A program made the position numbers and the translations under genes. Below are positions 54,218-62,700 of a stretch of 64,000 bases of DNA, one piece after another. Numbering within the stretch: the first letter of the stretch is position 1; each line of letters starts with the position of its first letter. The DNA comes from an uncultured Acidobacteriaceae bacterium. GTDB lineage: Bacteria > Acidobacteriota > Terriglobia > Terriglobales > Acidobacteriaceae. The stretch spans positions 1,441,757 to 1,505,756 of the forward strand of contig CAWDGL010000008.1 in the NCBI GenBank assembly GCA_963801885.1. The letters are read 5' to 3'. Below the pieces are notes generated by a model. That model ran no database searches and was not told the origin of the DNA. It was given only the letters and a program-made list of their open reading frames with translations.

Positions 54218-54460
54218 CTAAACCGCTCCGGATTTGCGCCATGCGTGCAGGTTAACGGCACTCATCACCATGCAAAAAACATTCGCCGGAATGAAGCCGA
54301 GCTGGTCGGTTCTTAAGCCGATGATGCACACGACTACACTGTTGACGCCAGCCAGCGCCCAGCCTTCCCAGCAGCGGCGACCGACCAGAATGGTGGAACT
54401 GATGGTTAATATGCAGGATAAATAATCAAGTCGCAACACAGGATGATAAACCTCTGCCAT
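54218..54460 (-). CDS. 80-aa three-TM membrane protein, PnuC-repeat-like (tentative)
   Basis: ATG 54460, no obvious SD. Three hydrophobic helices. The pattern LDYLSxxxTxxSTILVGRRCWEGWxxxxVN...NxxxxxxSxxNxxAW resembles one 3-TM repeat of PnuC-type transporters (from memory). Confidence 0.4.
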   Translation of the reverse strand: MAEVYHPVLRLDYLSCILTISSTILVGRRCWEGWALAGVNSVVVCIIGLRTDQLGFIPANVFCMVMSAVNLHAWRKSGAV

Positions 54461-54564
54461 GATTGTGAGTGAAAGCTGGAGCGGTTAACAGTGCTTGTGG
54501 CCTTTCGTTACATGACCGAGGTCACTTGACCGAAATCTAAATGGAATTCTTTCTGGAGGAAGCT

Positions 54565-54837
54565 ATGGCAAACCAATGCACGCATTTAGATCAGATCAAA
54601 GTCGAAACCACCAACATACATGTATGTGAAGAATGCGTTAAGACAGGAGATACCTGGGTTCACTTGCGTTTGTGCCTCATTTGCGGGCACGTGGGCTGCT
54701 GTGACTCCTCGAAGAATAAGCACGCCACAAAACATTTCAAGAAAACACAGCATCCATTAATTCGTTCTAATGAGCCCGGCGAATCGTGGGTATGGTGTTA
54801 TGTCGACGAAATCGAGGTGGGAGAGCTGACAACGTAA
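54565..54837 (+). CDS. UBP-type zinc-finger protein
   Basis: ATG 54565 with GGAGGA RBS (the 54541 ATG lacks one). CTHLDQI...VCEECVKTGDTWVHLRLCLICGHVGCCDSSKNKHATKHF. Noticeably A/T-rich compared with neighbours. Confidence 0.75.
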   Translation: MANQCTHLDQIKVETTNIHVCEECVKTGDTWVHLRLCLICGHVGCCDSSKNKHATKHFKKTQHPLIRSNEPGESWVWCYVDEIEVGELTT

Positions 54838-54909
54838 TTCCTCAATCAATTCTGCAAATCTATAGAACCGGCGGCAGTGCACTATAGTGTCGCGACTGAT
54901 GATGGTGAG

Positions 54910-55389
54910 ATGATGAGGCTGGAATTCGCGCTGTCTCTGGCGTTTTGTATCGGCGTCGTGGCGGGACTGCGCTCCCTAACCGCGCCCGCGATTGTGGCTT
55001 GGGCCGCGCACATTGGCTGGATCAATCTTCACGGTTCTCCCTTGTCATTCATGGGATCGTTCTGGGCGGTAGCGATCTTCACAGCACTGGCCCTGGTCGA
55101 GTTTGTGGCCGATCAACTTCCATCTACTCCGTCTCGTACGGCGCCGGTTGGACTTTCTGCACGCATTGTAACGGGTGCCCTGACGGGCGCATGCCTCGCA
55201 CAGGCTGGAGCCGCGCCGCTTTGGGCAGGCGCGCTGCTTGGCGCGGTCGGCGGGATTGTCGGAGCATTCGCAGCACACAGTGCGCGAGTGGGATTGGTGC
55301 GAGCTCTTCATGTGCGCGATCTTGCGATTGCCATTCCCGAGGATCTCGTTGCAATCGGGCTCGGTTTATTTCTTGTTTCTCGATTCTGA
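54910..55389 (+). CDS. DUF4126-type membrane protein
   Basis: ATG 54910. Four TM segments. GLRSLTAPAIVAWAAHIGW...VEFVADQLP pattern. Confidence 0.7.
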   Translation: MMRLEFALSLAFCIGVVAGLRSLTAPAIVAWAAHIGWINLHGSPLSFMGSFWAVAIFTALALVEFVADQLPSTPSRTAPVGLSARIVTGALTGACLAQAGAAPLWAGALLGAVGGIVGAFAAHSARVGLVRALHVRDLAIAIPEDLVAIGLGLFLVSRF

Positions 55390-55455
55390 AGTAGAAGCCG
55401 GCTCTGCACTTTTTTCTTTTTCGATCGCTCGCGAGTACAAATCAGAGGTTTTCTT

Positions 55456-56855
55456 GTGACTGCTGCGGAACAATATGACGCCGTGATTATTGGCTCTGGA
55501 CAGGCGGGCACGCCGCTTTCCACCACCCTGGCCGGGGCGGGAATGCGGACTGCGCTTATCGAGCGGAAACATGTCGGTGGCACTTGCATCAATGAAGGAT
55601 GCACGCCGACGAAAACCATGGTAGCGAGCGGCCGCGTTGCTTACCTGGCGCGGCGTGCAGCTGATTACGGTGTGCAGACTGGAGCAATCAGCATCGACAT
55701 GGCGAAAGTTCGTCAACGCAAGCGCGACATTGTGGAGAAATTTCGAAGCGGAAGCCAGGCGCGCATGGAAAAAACCGCAAACCTAGAATTGATTTTCGCT
55801 GACGCTAGTTTTGCCGGGCCTAAAGCAATCGCAGTTCGCTCGCAGAATGGCAGCCAGCGCACCATCTCGGCCAAATATGTTTTTATCAACGCCGGTACGC
55901 GCGCGTCGAAGCCTCAAATCGATGGTTTAGACGAAGTGCCTTTCCTCGACAATATTTCCATCATGGAACTTGCCGCGGTTCCAGATCATTTGCTCATTCT
56001 GGGTGGTGGATACATCGCTCTCGAGTTCGGACAGCTTTTTCGCCGCTTCGGCAGTCAGATAACAATCGTTCAATCCGCGGCCCAACTTCTGGTCCGCGAG
56101 GATCCCGACGTCGCCGAAGAGGTCACAAAAATTGTTGCGCGAGGATGGGATTGAGATCCTGCTGAATGCGAATGCAACGTCACGTGGAACAGACCGGCAA
56201 GGACATTCGGTTGAAGGTCGAGACGGAGGCTAGCTCGCGTACATTATCCGGTTCGCATTTACTTGTTGCCACGGGTCGCGTACCGAATTCCGACACGCTG
56301 AATCTTTCGGCGGCCGGCGTTCAAACTGGCAAGCATGGCTTCATTCAGGTAAATGACAAGCTGGAAACGAGCGCGGAAGGCGTTTACGCGCTGGGCGACA
56401 TTAAGGGCGGCCCAGCTTTTACGCATATCGCCTACGACGATTTTCGCATTATCCGATCGAACCTCCTCGAGAAGAAAAATGCCTCCACCAAGAATCGAAT
56501 GGTGCCGTATACGCTTTTTACCGATCCGCAGTTGGGTCGAGTGGGTCTCACCGAGACGGAAGCGCGCGCGCAGGGACGCAACATTCGCGTCGCGAAGTTG
56601 CCCATGAGCCACGTGGCGCGCGCTCTTGAAGTCGATGAAACTCGCGGCTTCATGAAGGCCATTGTCGACGCCGAGAGCAACCAGATTCTCGGCGCAGCCG
56701 TTCTGGGAATTGAAGGCGGAGAAGTGATGTCGGCCATCGAAATCGCCATGATGGGAAAGTTACCGTACACCGCGTTACGCGACGGCACGTTTGCTCATCC
56801 CACGCTGACGGAGTCGCTGAATAATTTATTTATGGCGATGGACAGTGGGTCCTAG
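55456..56855 (+). pseudogene. class I pyridine nucleotide-disulfide oxidoreductase (MerA/Lpd-like, no MerA C-terminal Cys pair), two frameshifts
   Basis: GTG 55456. FAD motif AVIIGSGQAG and redox CxxxxC (GGTCINEGCTPTK). ORF1 stops at 56154. The middle frame reads [16 protein letters not shown] (56135-56182). The ORF2 frame resumes as [13 protein letters not shown] from 56184. The dimerisation domain runs to 56855. Confidence 0.8.
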
Positions 56856-56862
56856 AGCCGGA

Positions 56863-56959
56863 CGACAATTTAAAATCGACGATCCACAATCGACAATTTA
56901 AAATCGACAATCCAGAGTCGCAATCAATATCCTGTTTTCAATCGTCGTTTTCAATCGTC
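56863..56959 (+). repeat. phased direct-repeat array (AATCG[A/T]C heptamers; 28-nt and 13-nt tandem units)
   Basis: CGACAATTTAAAATCGAC occurs at 56863 and 56891. AATCGAC occurs at 56874, 56888 and 56902 (14-nt phase), with AGTCGCA at 56916. TTTTCAATCGTC x2 puts AATCGTC at 56940 and 56953. The array ends 14 nt before the ATG of the 5'-3' exonuclease gene. Confidence 0.5.
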
Positions 56960-56972
56960 CTGGAGCGGTGCT

Positions 56973-57779
56973 ATGGATGTGTATCTCGTCGACGGGACTT
57001 ACGAATTGTTCCGGCATTTCTTCGCCGTGCCCGCCGCGAAAGATGCCAGCGGCCAGGAGATCGGCGCGGTACGGGGCGTTCTGACTTCTGTTCAATCCAT
57101 GATTGAACGCGGCGCCACGCACATCGGCGTCGCTACGGACCATGTCGTGGAATCGTTTCGCAATGATCTCTACCCCGGTTACAAGACTGCTGAAGGCGTT
57201 CCTCCTGAATTGCTCTCGCAGTTTCCAATTCTGGAGGAGGCGCTGCAAGCGATGGGAGTTCTGGTATGGCCAATGGTTTATTACGAGGCCGACGATGCGC
57301 TCGCTTCCGCCGCCGCGAAAGCCGCGCAGGACGAACGCGTCACCCAGGTCATCATCTGCACGCCCGACAAAGATCTCGGTCAGTGCGTGGCAGGCAACCG
57401 AGTGGTGCAACTGGATCGCCGCCAGAACATCGTGCGCGACGAAGCCGGAGTCGTCGCTAAGTTTGGAGTCATGCCGACATCGATCCCAGATTATTTGGCT
57501 GTAGTCGGCGACAGCGCTGACGGTTTCCCCGGCGTCGCGGGGTGGGGAGCCAAAGCGGCGGCCAGTGTGTTATTCCAGTACGCTCATCTGGAGGCGATTC
57601 CGAAAGATTGGCGGCAATGGCACGCTTCCATCCGCAAGTCTCGTGGTCTTTCCGAATCCCTCTTCAGCGCGTGGAACGATGCTTTGCTCTTCCGCACACT
57701 CGCAACTCTGCGGCTCGATGTGCCCGTCTTTGAAACCGTCGAAGATCTGCAGCTGGCATGGTCCTCGGCCAGTTTTTGA
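56973..57779 (+). CDS. 5'-3' exonuclease / flap endonuclease (Pol I N-terminal domain homologue)
   Basis: MDVYLVDGTYELFRHFFA, YEADDALAS, TPDKDLGQCV, and H3TH region IPDYLAVVGDSADGFPGVAGWGAK. Confidence 0.8.
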   Translation: MDVYLVDGTYELFRHFFAVPAAKDASGQEIGAVRGVLTSVQSMIERGATHIGVATDHVVESFRNDLYPGYKTAEGVPPELLSQFPILEEALQAMGVLVWPMVYYEADDALASAAAKAAQDERVTQVIICTPDKDLGQCVAGNRVVQLDRRQNIVRDEAGVVAKFGVMPTSIPDYLAVVGDSADGFPGVAGWGAKAAASVLFQYAHLEAIPKDWRQWHASIRKSRGLSESLFSAWNDALLFRTLATLRLDVPVFETVEDLQLAWSSASF

Positions 57780-57944
57780 AGCTTATTGCCGGCGATTGAA
57801 CGCTCCCGAACTGTTTCGTCGCGTTATGTCGGCAGCGCCAAAATGTTAGGACCTCAGAAAACCACTCTTCGGTTGCATGGTAAAATTCATGTGCAATCAG
57901 GCGACCCCGCTATTCGGCAATCGGAGGCGCGGGATGGCAGAAGT

Positions 57945-58021
57945 AGGCGCGTAGCTCAGTTGGTTAGAGCGCTACCTTGACACGGTAGAGGTCAGGAGTT
58001 CGAGTCTCCTCGTGCCTACCA
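57945..58021 (+). tRNA. tRNA-Val (anticodon GAC), CCA encoded
   Basis: Cloverleaf by hand. Acceptor AGGCGCG/CGTGCCT (one G-U pair). D arm GCTC-AGTTGGTTA-GAGC. Anticodon arm CTACC-TTGACAC-GGTAG. Variable loop AGGTC. T arm AGGAG-TTCGAGT-CTCCT. Discriminator A + CCA. Confidence 0.9.
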
Positions 58022-58176
58022 TTTTCAAATCGGCTGCTTTGGCGTTGGTCACCGTTTCCCATATCGGAATCGACGAATGCACGAATTTTGCCGCTCTCGT
58101 TGACCGGCTCTCCTGGAATCGAGCATCACTCTTCTTATCCTATACAATGAAGCCGCTGTAAATCTTGAGGGGGATT

Positions 58177-58533
58177 ATGGCAAATCTAGAGAACGCGCTT
58201 CGGCAGCTTCGTGCGGAGCGGGATCAAGCGCGGTTGCAGTTGGAGAAATTCGATCGAGCAATTTCGGTCATCGAGTCGTTAAACGGTTCGGGAACATCCC
58301 GAAACACAAACCAACCCAAGCGGATCATATCGGCAGCTTCGCGGCGGAAAATGGCGCTGGCACAGAAGGCAAGATGGGCCAAGGCGCGGAATGGATCGCA
58401 GCCGGCAGCCGCGAAAACAACTTTCTCGGCTCCTGGGAAGCGAATCATGTCGGCTTCAGCCCGCAGGAAGATTGCAGCCGCGCAGCGAGCGAGGTGGGCG
58501 AAGATACGGGCCGGGAAGAAGATAGCGACCTAG
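58177..58533 (+). CDS. hypothetical basic protein: N-terminal coiled coil + two RRKxAxAQ[KR]ARWAK repeats
   Basis: ATG 58177 with GAGGGGGA RBS. KRIISAASRRKMALAQKARWAKAR and KRIMSASARRKIAAAQRARWAKIR lie 40 aa apart. Confidence 0.55.
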   Translation: MANLENALRQLRAERDQARLQLEKFDRAISVIESLNGSGTSRNTNQPKRIISAASRRKMALAQKARWAKARNGSQPAAAKTTFSAPGKRIMSASARRKIAAAQRARWAKIRAGKKIAT

Positions 58534-58621
58534 ACCAAAAGAGCCTGCTGCGAGTGTGTGGCAGGCTTCAGTGTTTCGGGTCGACTCTTCAAAGCGGCAC
58601 ATCTTCACATCGACCACCCTA

Positions 58622-58649
58622 CAAAAACGGCCGCGACATCGCGAGCCGC
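58622..58649 (-). terminator. rho-independent terminator after the CHASE3 gene
   Basis: Minus strand reads CGGCTCGCGATGTCGCGGCCG (GC-rich hairpin with one bulge) followed by TTTTTG. It starts directly after the stop at 58650. Confidence 0.5.
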
Positions 58650-59552
58650 TCAGGCTGCTCTTTTATCCATTTGGTTGAAGCTGGGCTGGCCGAGTAACTC
58701 TTGTCTCAGTTGCTCCATTTGCGCCGCCGCTTCCTTTATCTGCTCGGCGCATTCGTGGCCGTGACGTGGCAGAAATCCGTCATATTCGTTCAGCAGAAGG
58801 CGGGAGTTCTCTTGAATGGCGGCCATCTTCGAACGAGCTTGATTGGAAAGAGCAGACGTCAGTTTTTCCAACTGCGAATCTCGTACCGCGAGCGCCAACC
58901 TGCTCTCGGCGGCTTCCTTTTCGAGCACACGCGCGTGGTAGCGGACGAATGCAAGCAGGCATACCGTCAACACGAGCAAACATGAATTAGCAATAATCGT
59001 CTCCGAGAAAGCGCTGCTCAGGCTTGCCGTTCTCTCCTTTTCGAAATTGGCGAAGCTGTTGCTCTCCTCCGATGATAGGGAAGATGCCAGGCCCCGAAAC
59101 CTATCCATGTATTGCTGGCCTTCATTCGTATCCACGAGCGTGAATGCGCGATGGCGATAACCCTGCTGGCGCAAAGTGATGGTCCGCTCCATCTCCGCTT
59201 GTTTGGAACCGGCCAGTGACTCGAGCTGAGATTCCAGTGAACGCTCGCGTTCAGGCTTGTTCGCGAGTTCAGCACGAAGGCTGGCGAAATCCGTCGCGAT
59301 CCTGTTTTTCCCGTCAGTGTAGGGAAGTAAGTAATCGGTGCTCTCGGTTAGCAAGTATCCCCGCTGACCGGTTTCCATATCGGTCATATCCTGCAACACA
59401 GCGGAGATCTTGGCCTGGATCGTAGAGATCTCCAGCGTGAGAGCGGCAGACTTCTGAATAAGCTTTAGGCGATTAATCGCAAGATAGGCATTCAATGCCA
59501 CGAGAGCGATGAGTGTAGCGGCAACGAACCACAGTGCAATTTTTCGAATCAT
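58650..59552 (-). CDS. CHASE3 sensor protein with vestigial DHp-like helix and no kinase catalytic domain
   Basis: ATG 59552. TM, CHASE3 (METGQRGYLLTESTDYLLPY), second TM, then a coiled coil ending LSNQARSKMAAIQENSRLLLNEY, where kinases have SHDLRxPL. No HATPase_c. Confidence 0.75.
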   Translation of the reverse strand: MIRKIALWFVAATLIALVALNAYLAINRLKLIQKSAALTLEISTIQAKISAVLQDMTDMETGQRGYLLTESTDYLLPYTDGKNRIATDFASLRAELANKPERERSLESQLESLAGSKQAEMERTITLRQQGYRHRAFTLVDTNEGQQYMDRFRGLASSLSSEESNSFANFEKERTASLSSAFSETIIANSCLLVLTVCLLAFVRYHARVLEKEAAESRLALAVRDSQLEKLTSALSNQARSKMAAIQENSRLLLNEYDGFLPRHGHECAEQIKEAAAQMEQLRQELLGQPSFNQMDKRAA

Positions 59553-59675
59553 GTTAATTGCGCCATCCTGCGCTCGGAAGAGACAGATGATCGTAGCAGA
59601 GAGGAATTCGTTTTGCTTTGCGGCCGGGCACCCTCCTTGGACCATGCTTTGTCGCGGAAAAATGCCCGCGACCTT

Positions 59676-59700
59676 CGAAATCAAACAAGCGTCCTGCTTG
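59676..59700 (-). terminator. weak terminator-like hairpin after the large TonB-dependent receptor gene
   Basis: Minus strand reads CAAGC-AGGAC-GCTTG followed by TTTGATTT, 34 nt after the stop at 59734. Confidence 0.35.
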
Positions 59701-59733
59701 CACTTCGCTCAACATCGACCTATTACGCTCCGT

Positions 59734-62700
59734 TCAGAAGGCGAAGCGCAGCGCGAACTGCATGAAGCGCGGCGTAGTCAGGGTTGAAAGATACTTGCCG
59801 AATTGGGTCGGATCCTCTGACAGCGATGGTTGAGCGGAATTACCCACCTCTCCGCGCACGTCATAGCGCACTGAGTTGGTGGCGTTGAACGCCTGCCAGG
59901 TGAACTCCAGACGCCTGTGCTCGCCGAGAGAGAAATCCTTGCTCACTCCGGTATCGATGTTGAACATGCCGTCGCCAATCACATTGTTGCGGACCCCGGA
60001 TTCCCCCGGCCACTCTGGACGGAAAGCCGCCTCCGCCGCTGCCGGATCAGCGAAGATGTCTGGTCCGATGCCGACGCCGTTAACAACGGCATTTTTGGGA
60101 TTGGATGCCTTCGGAGCCGGCCCGTTCGGCTCGGCATCGCCCTCGATGTTCCAGTTCGTGGCCCAGGTGAAACCGTTGTCGACGGTAATCGGGAAACCGC
60201 TTGTCCAGCGGAAAATCCCGGAGACGTGCCAACCCCCAACTAAGGCGTTCAATAGCGGGCGCGCGTTTGCACCCAGCATCTGGCCTTTGCCGAACGGCAG
60301 ATGATAAACCAGATTCGCGTTGATCTGGTGGAAGGCATTGAAATCGGAGAGCCCGCGCAGTGAGAGCGGATCCCAGGAATTGATGACAATCCCACCACCG
60401 TTCAGGTCGTTGCCGGTGCCCTCGGTCCCTTCATAAGGGCCGATTCGCTCCGCCGCGGACGCCTCGTCGAGCGATTTCGAAAACGTGTAGTTGAACTGCC
60501 CCTGCAGGTTGGCTCCCCAGCGGGCGTTGTAGGTCACCTGCAGCGCGTTGTAGTCGGAGGTGCCGATGTTGCGCCAGGCATACAGCGAGGCAAACTGATC
60601 ATGGAAGAAAGTGTATGGGCCGTCCACGCTGTTTGGGGTGTTCATTCCGGTGATGGAGCCAGGCACGTCCATCAGGAACAGAGAGAAAGTTTCGTTGTGC
60701 GGGTAGCAGGTCCACAGTTCGTAGATGGACTGTGTGGCCGTCGGATTGGTAGGGTAGACGCCGTTTGCGCAACCACCTCCTAGTTGGCCGGCAGTCACTG
60801 CGTTCCAACTGGGAAACATGTGCTCGAAGAATGGTACAGGCTGGACGGTGTTGACGTCCTGGCTGTTGGCCGCGGCCTTCGACAGCACCGTACCGGCCTG
60901 GAAGTATGTCATTTTGCTGGCAGGATCCGTTGGATTGGCAGGCATGGCCAAGTCGACCTGCATGGGCAGACGCCGGCTGACGCTGCCCACATACGCAACC
61001 TGTAGCGAGGACTTCGAGGTAATCTGGCGCGAGAGCGAGAAATTGAAGACATGGGTATAAGGCGTCTTCAAAGTTTGGTCGAGGCCCCAATTGATGGCAA
61101 AGGCAGTGTTGCTGGGAGTGACTGGAAAGCTGCCCGATGGCGTCGGGCCGAACAGGCAACTCGGGCCGCTTAAAGACGCGCAGGGAGCGGGCAAGCAGGA
61201 TGAGCCTGTAAGGCATGTGAAGCGCGGCGCGCCCGCCACTGTTACCACACCAGCTGGGTTTCCGAGATCGGTGGAGAGGCCGAACGAACCATTCTGGTCA
61301 AAGCTGTTCACAATGGCCGTGCCGAAGTGGCTGTACATGATGCTATAGCCGCCCCGGACGGAGAACTTATCTTTCTTTCCGAGAATTTTTGAGGCCCAGC
61401 CGTCACCGGTGTCGGGCGCCCAGGCGACGGCAATGCGCGGCGAGAAATCCTTATGGTCCCAGTTCCACAGCCCTGGACCGTGATTCTTGGGTCCGCCCAA
61501 AACGAAGGAAATCTCTCCGGCGTCGTTGGCTGGCTGTCCCTGACTCATTAACTGGGCAGTGTGGTTGAACCAGTCGGTAACGTTCTGCTTGGTGCATCCG
61601 CCGCCGGTGGCCTCCACGCAGGGTGAGACCTGCAATCCGTTGGTCTCGTACGGAGGAGCATCGAGCACCCAGCGTAGGCCGTAGGTGACGGTAAAACGAG
61701 GCGTCATGCGCCAGGTGTCTTGCCCGTAGAACTCGTAGTCGTTGATCGCGTAACGGCGCTTGATGGCCGTGCCTTGTTGTAGCGCGCTGCCATCATGCGC
61801 AAAATTGTACTTGCCGTCCCCCTCAGCAAAAATGCCAAGCAGAATCGTAGCTGCGCTGTCGTAGTTGGGACCGAAGTTGCCGTCCACTGCTGGATAGCCA
61901 TTGTTGGCCGGGTCGAGCGGGCTGGGAGTGTTCGCGATTCCGCCGGTGTTGAGATAGACCGCGTTGGTCGACACGTCGGAGAAGGAATCCTGGTAGCTGA
62001 TGCTATTGTTGCGAATCACAAACAAATCGGTGCCAAACTCAAGGGTGTGATTTTTCAGGGTCCAATTCAAAGTATCGGTGAACTGGTTGGCGGGGACAAA
62101 ACGCGTCAAAGAGCGATCGAAAGGAACAAGATCGGTGAGCCCAGAAAGATAGACTCCTGGATACACCGAGGTGCCTCCGGACTGCGTTCCCTGACGAACG
62201 TAGCCCCAGTGAAAATCGTTGATGAGCCTGGGAGAGATGAGCGAAGAGAGCCCCACGGTGACGCCCTTGCTGTCGTCCAGCGCCAGCGTGGCGGCGGGTT
62301 GGCCGGGAAACTGTTGCGATCCCGGATCCTTGAGATTTTGCGTTTGCCCGCGGAAAAACAGCCTCTCTGAGCCGTTCGCTGTGACGTTGTAATCGAGCCG
62401 GGTCAGGTAAGTGTTCCACTTGGAGTCTGCGTTCGAGGAAAAGCGATATCCCAGGGTATTCGAACCATCCCCGGCGTTTTCATTGGGGTTGGGGTACTGA
62501 TTGAGGACGCTCTCTACCGCAGCGCTGGGGCCGATCCCAAGCGGGTCCATTCCGGTAATTTGGGCCGGACCGAGCGCGTAATAACCTGGCGTAACACCGC
62601 TCACGCCATTGACTGTACCGCCGGGGCAATCGGCCGTGTCCAGGCTGCCGTCCGAGTTTCGCTGACATAGGTACACGAGATTCCCCGCGCGCAGGGTCGC

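Noticed and set aside
9225-56190. Programmed ribosomal frameshifting as the explanation for the split genes.
   Set aside because: There are no shared slippery motifs or downstream structures. The genes belong to unrelated families with no precedent for recoding, and two genes need two shifts each. Sequence error or decay is simpler.
55456-56855. Mercuric reductase (MerA) identity for the flavoprotein disulfide reductase.
   Set aside because: It has the CxxxxC redox centre but no N-terminal HMA domain and no C-terminal Cys-Cys pair (it ends ...[12 protein letters not shown]). No merR/merT/merP is nearby.
56863-56959. CRISPR-like array.
   Set aside because: The repeat units are 13-28 nt and directly abutting, with no unique spacers. 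There are no cas genes in the window.
57945-59700. tRNA-Val as the integration site of a genomic island.
   Set aside because: There is no integrase, no repeat of the tRNA 3' end downstream within the window, and the following genes (CHASE3 sensor, TonB-dependent receptor) are typical for the host.
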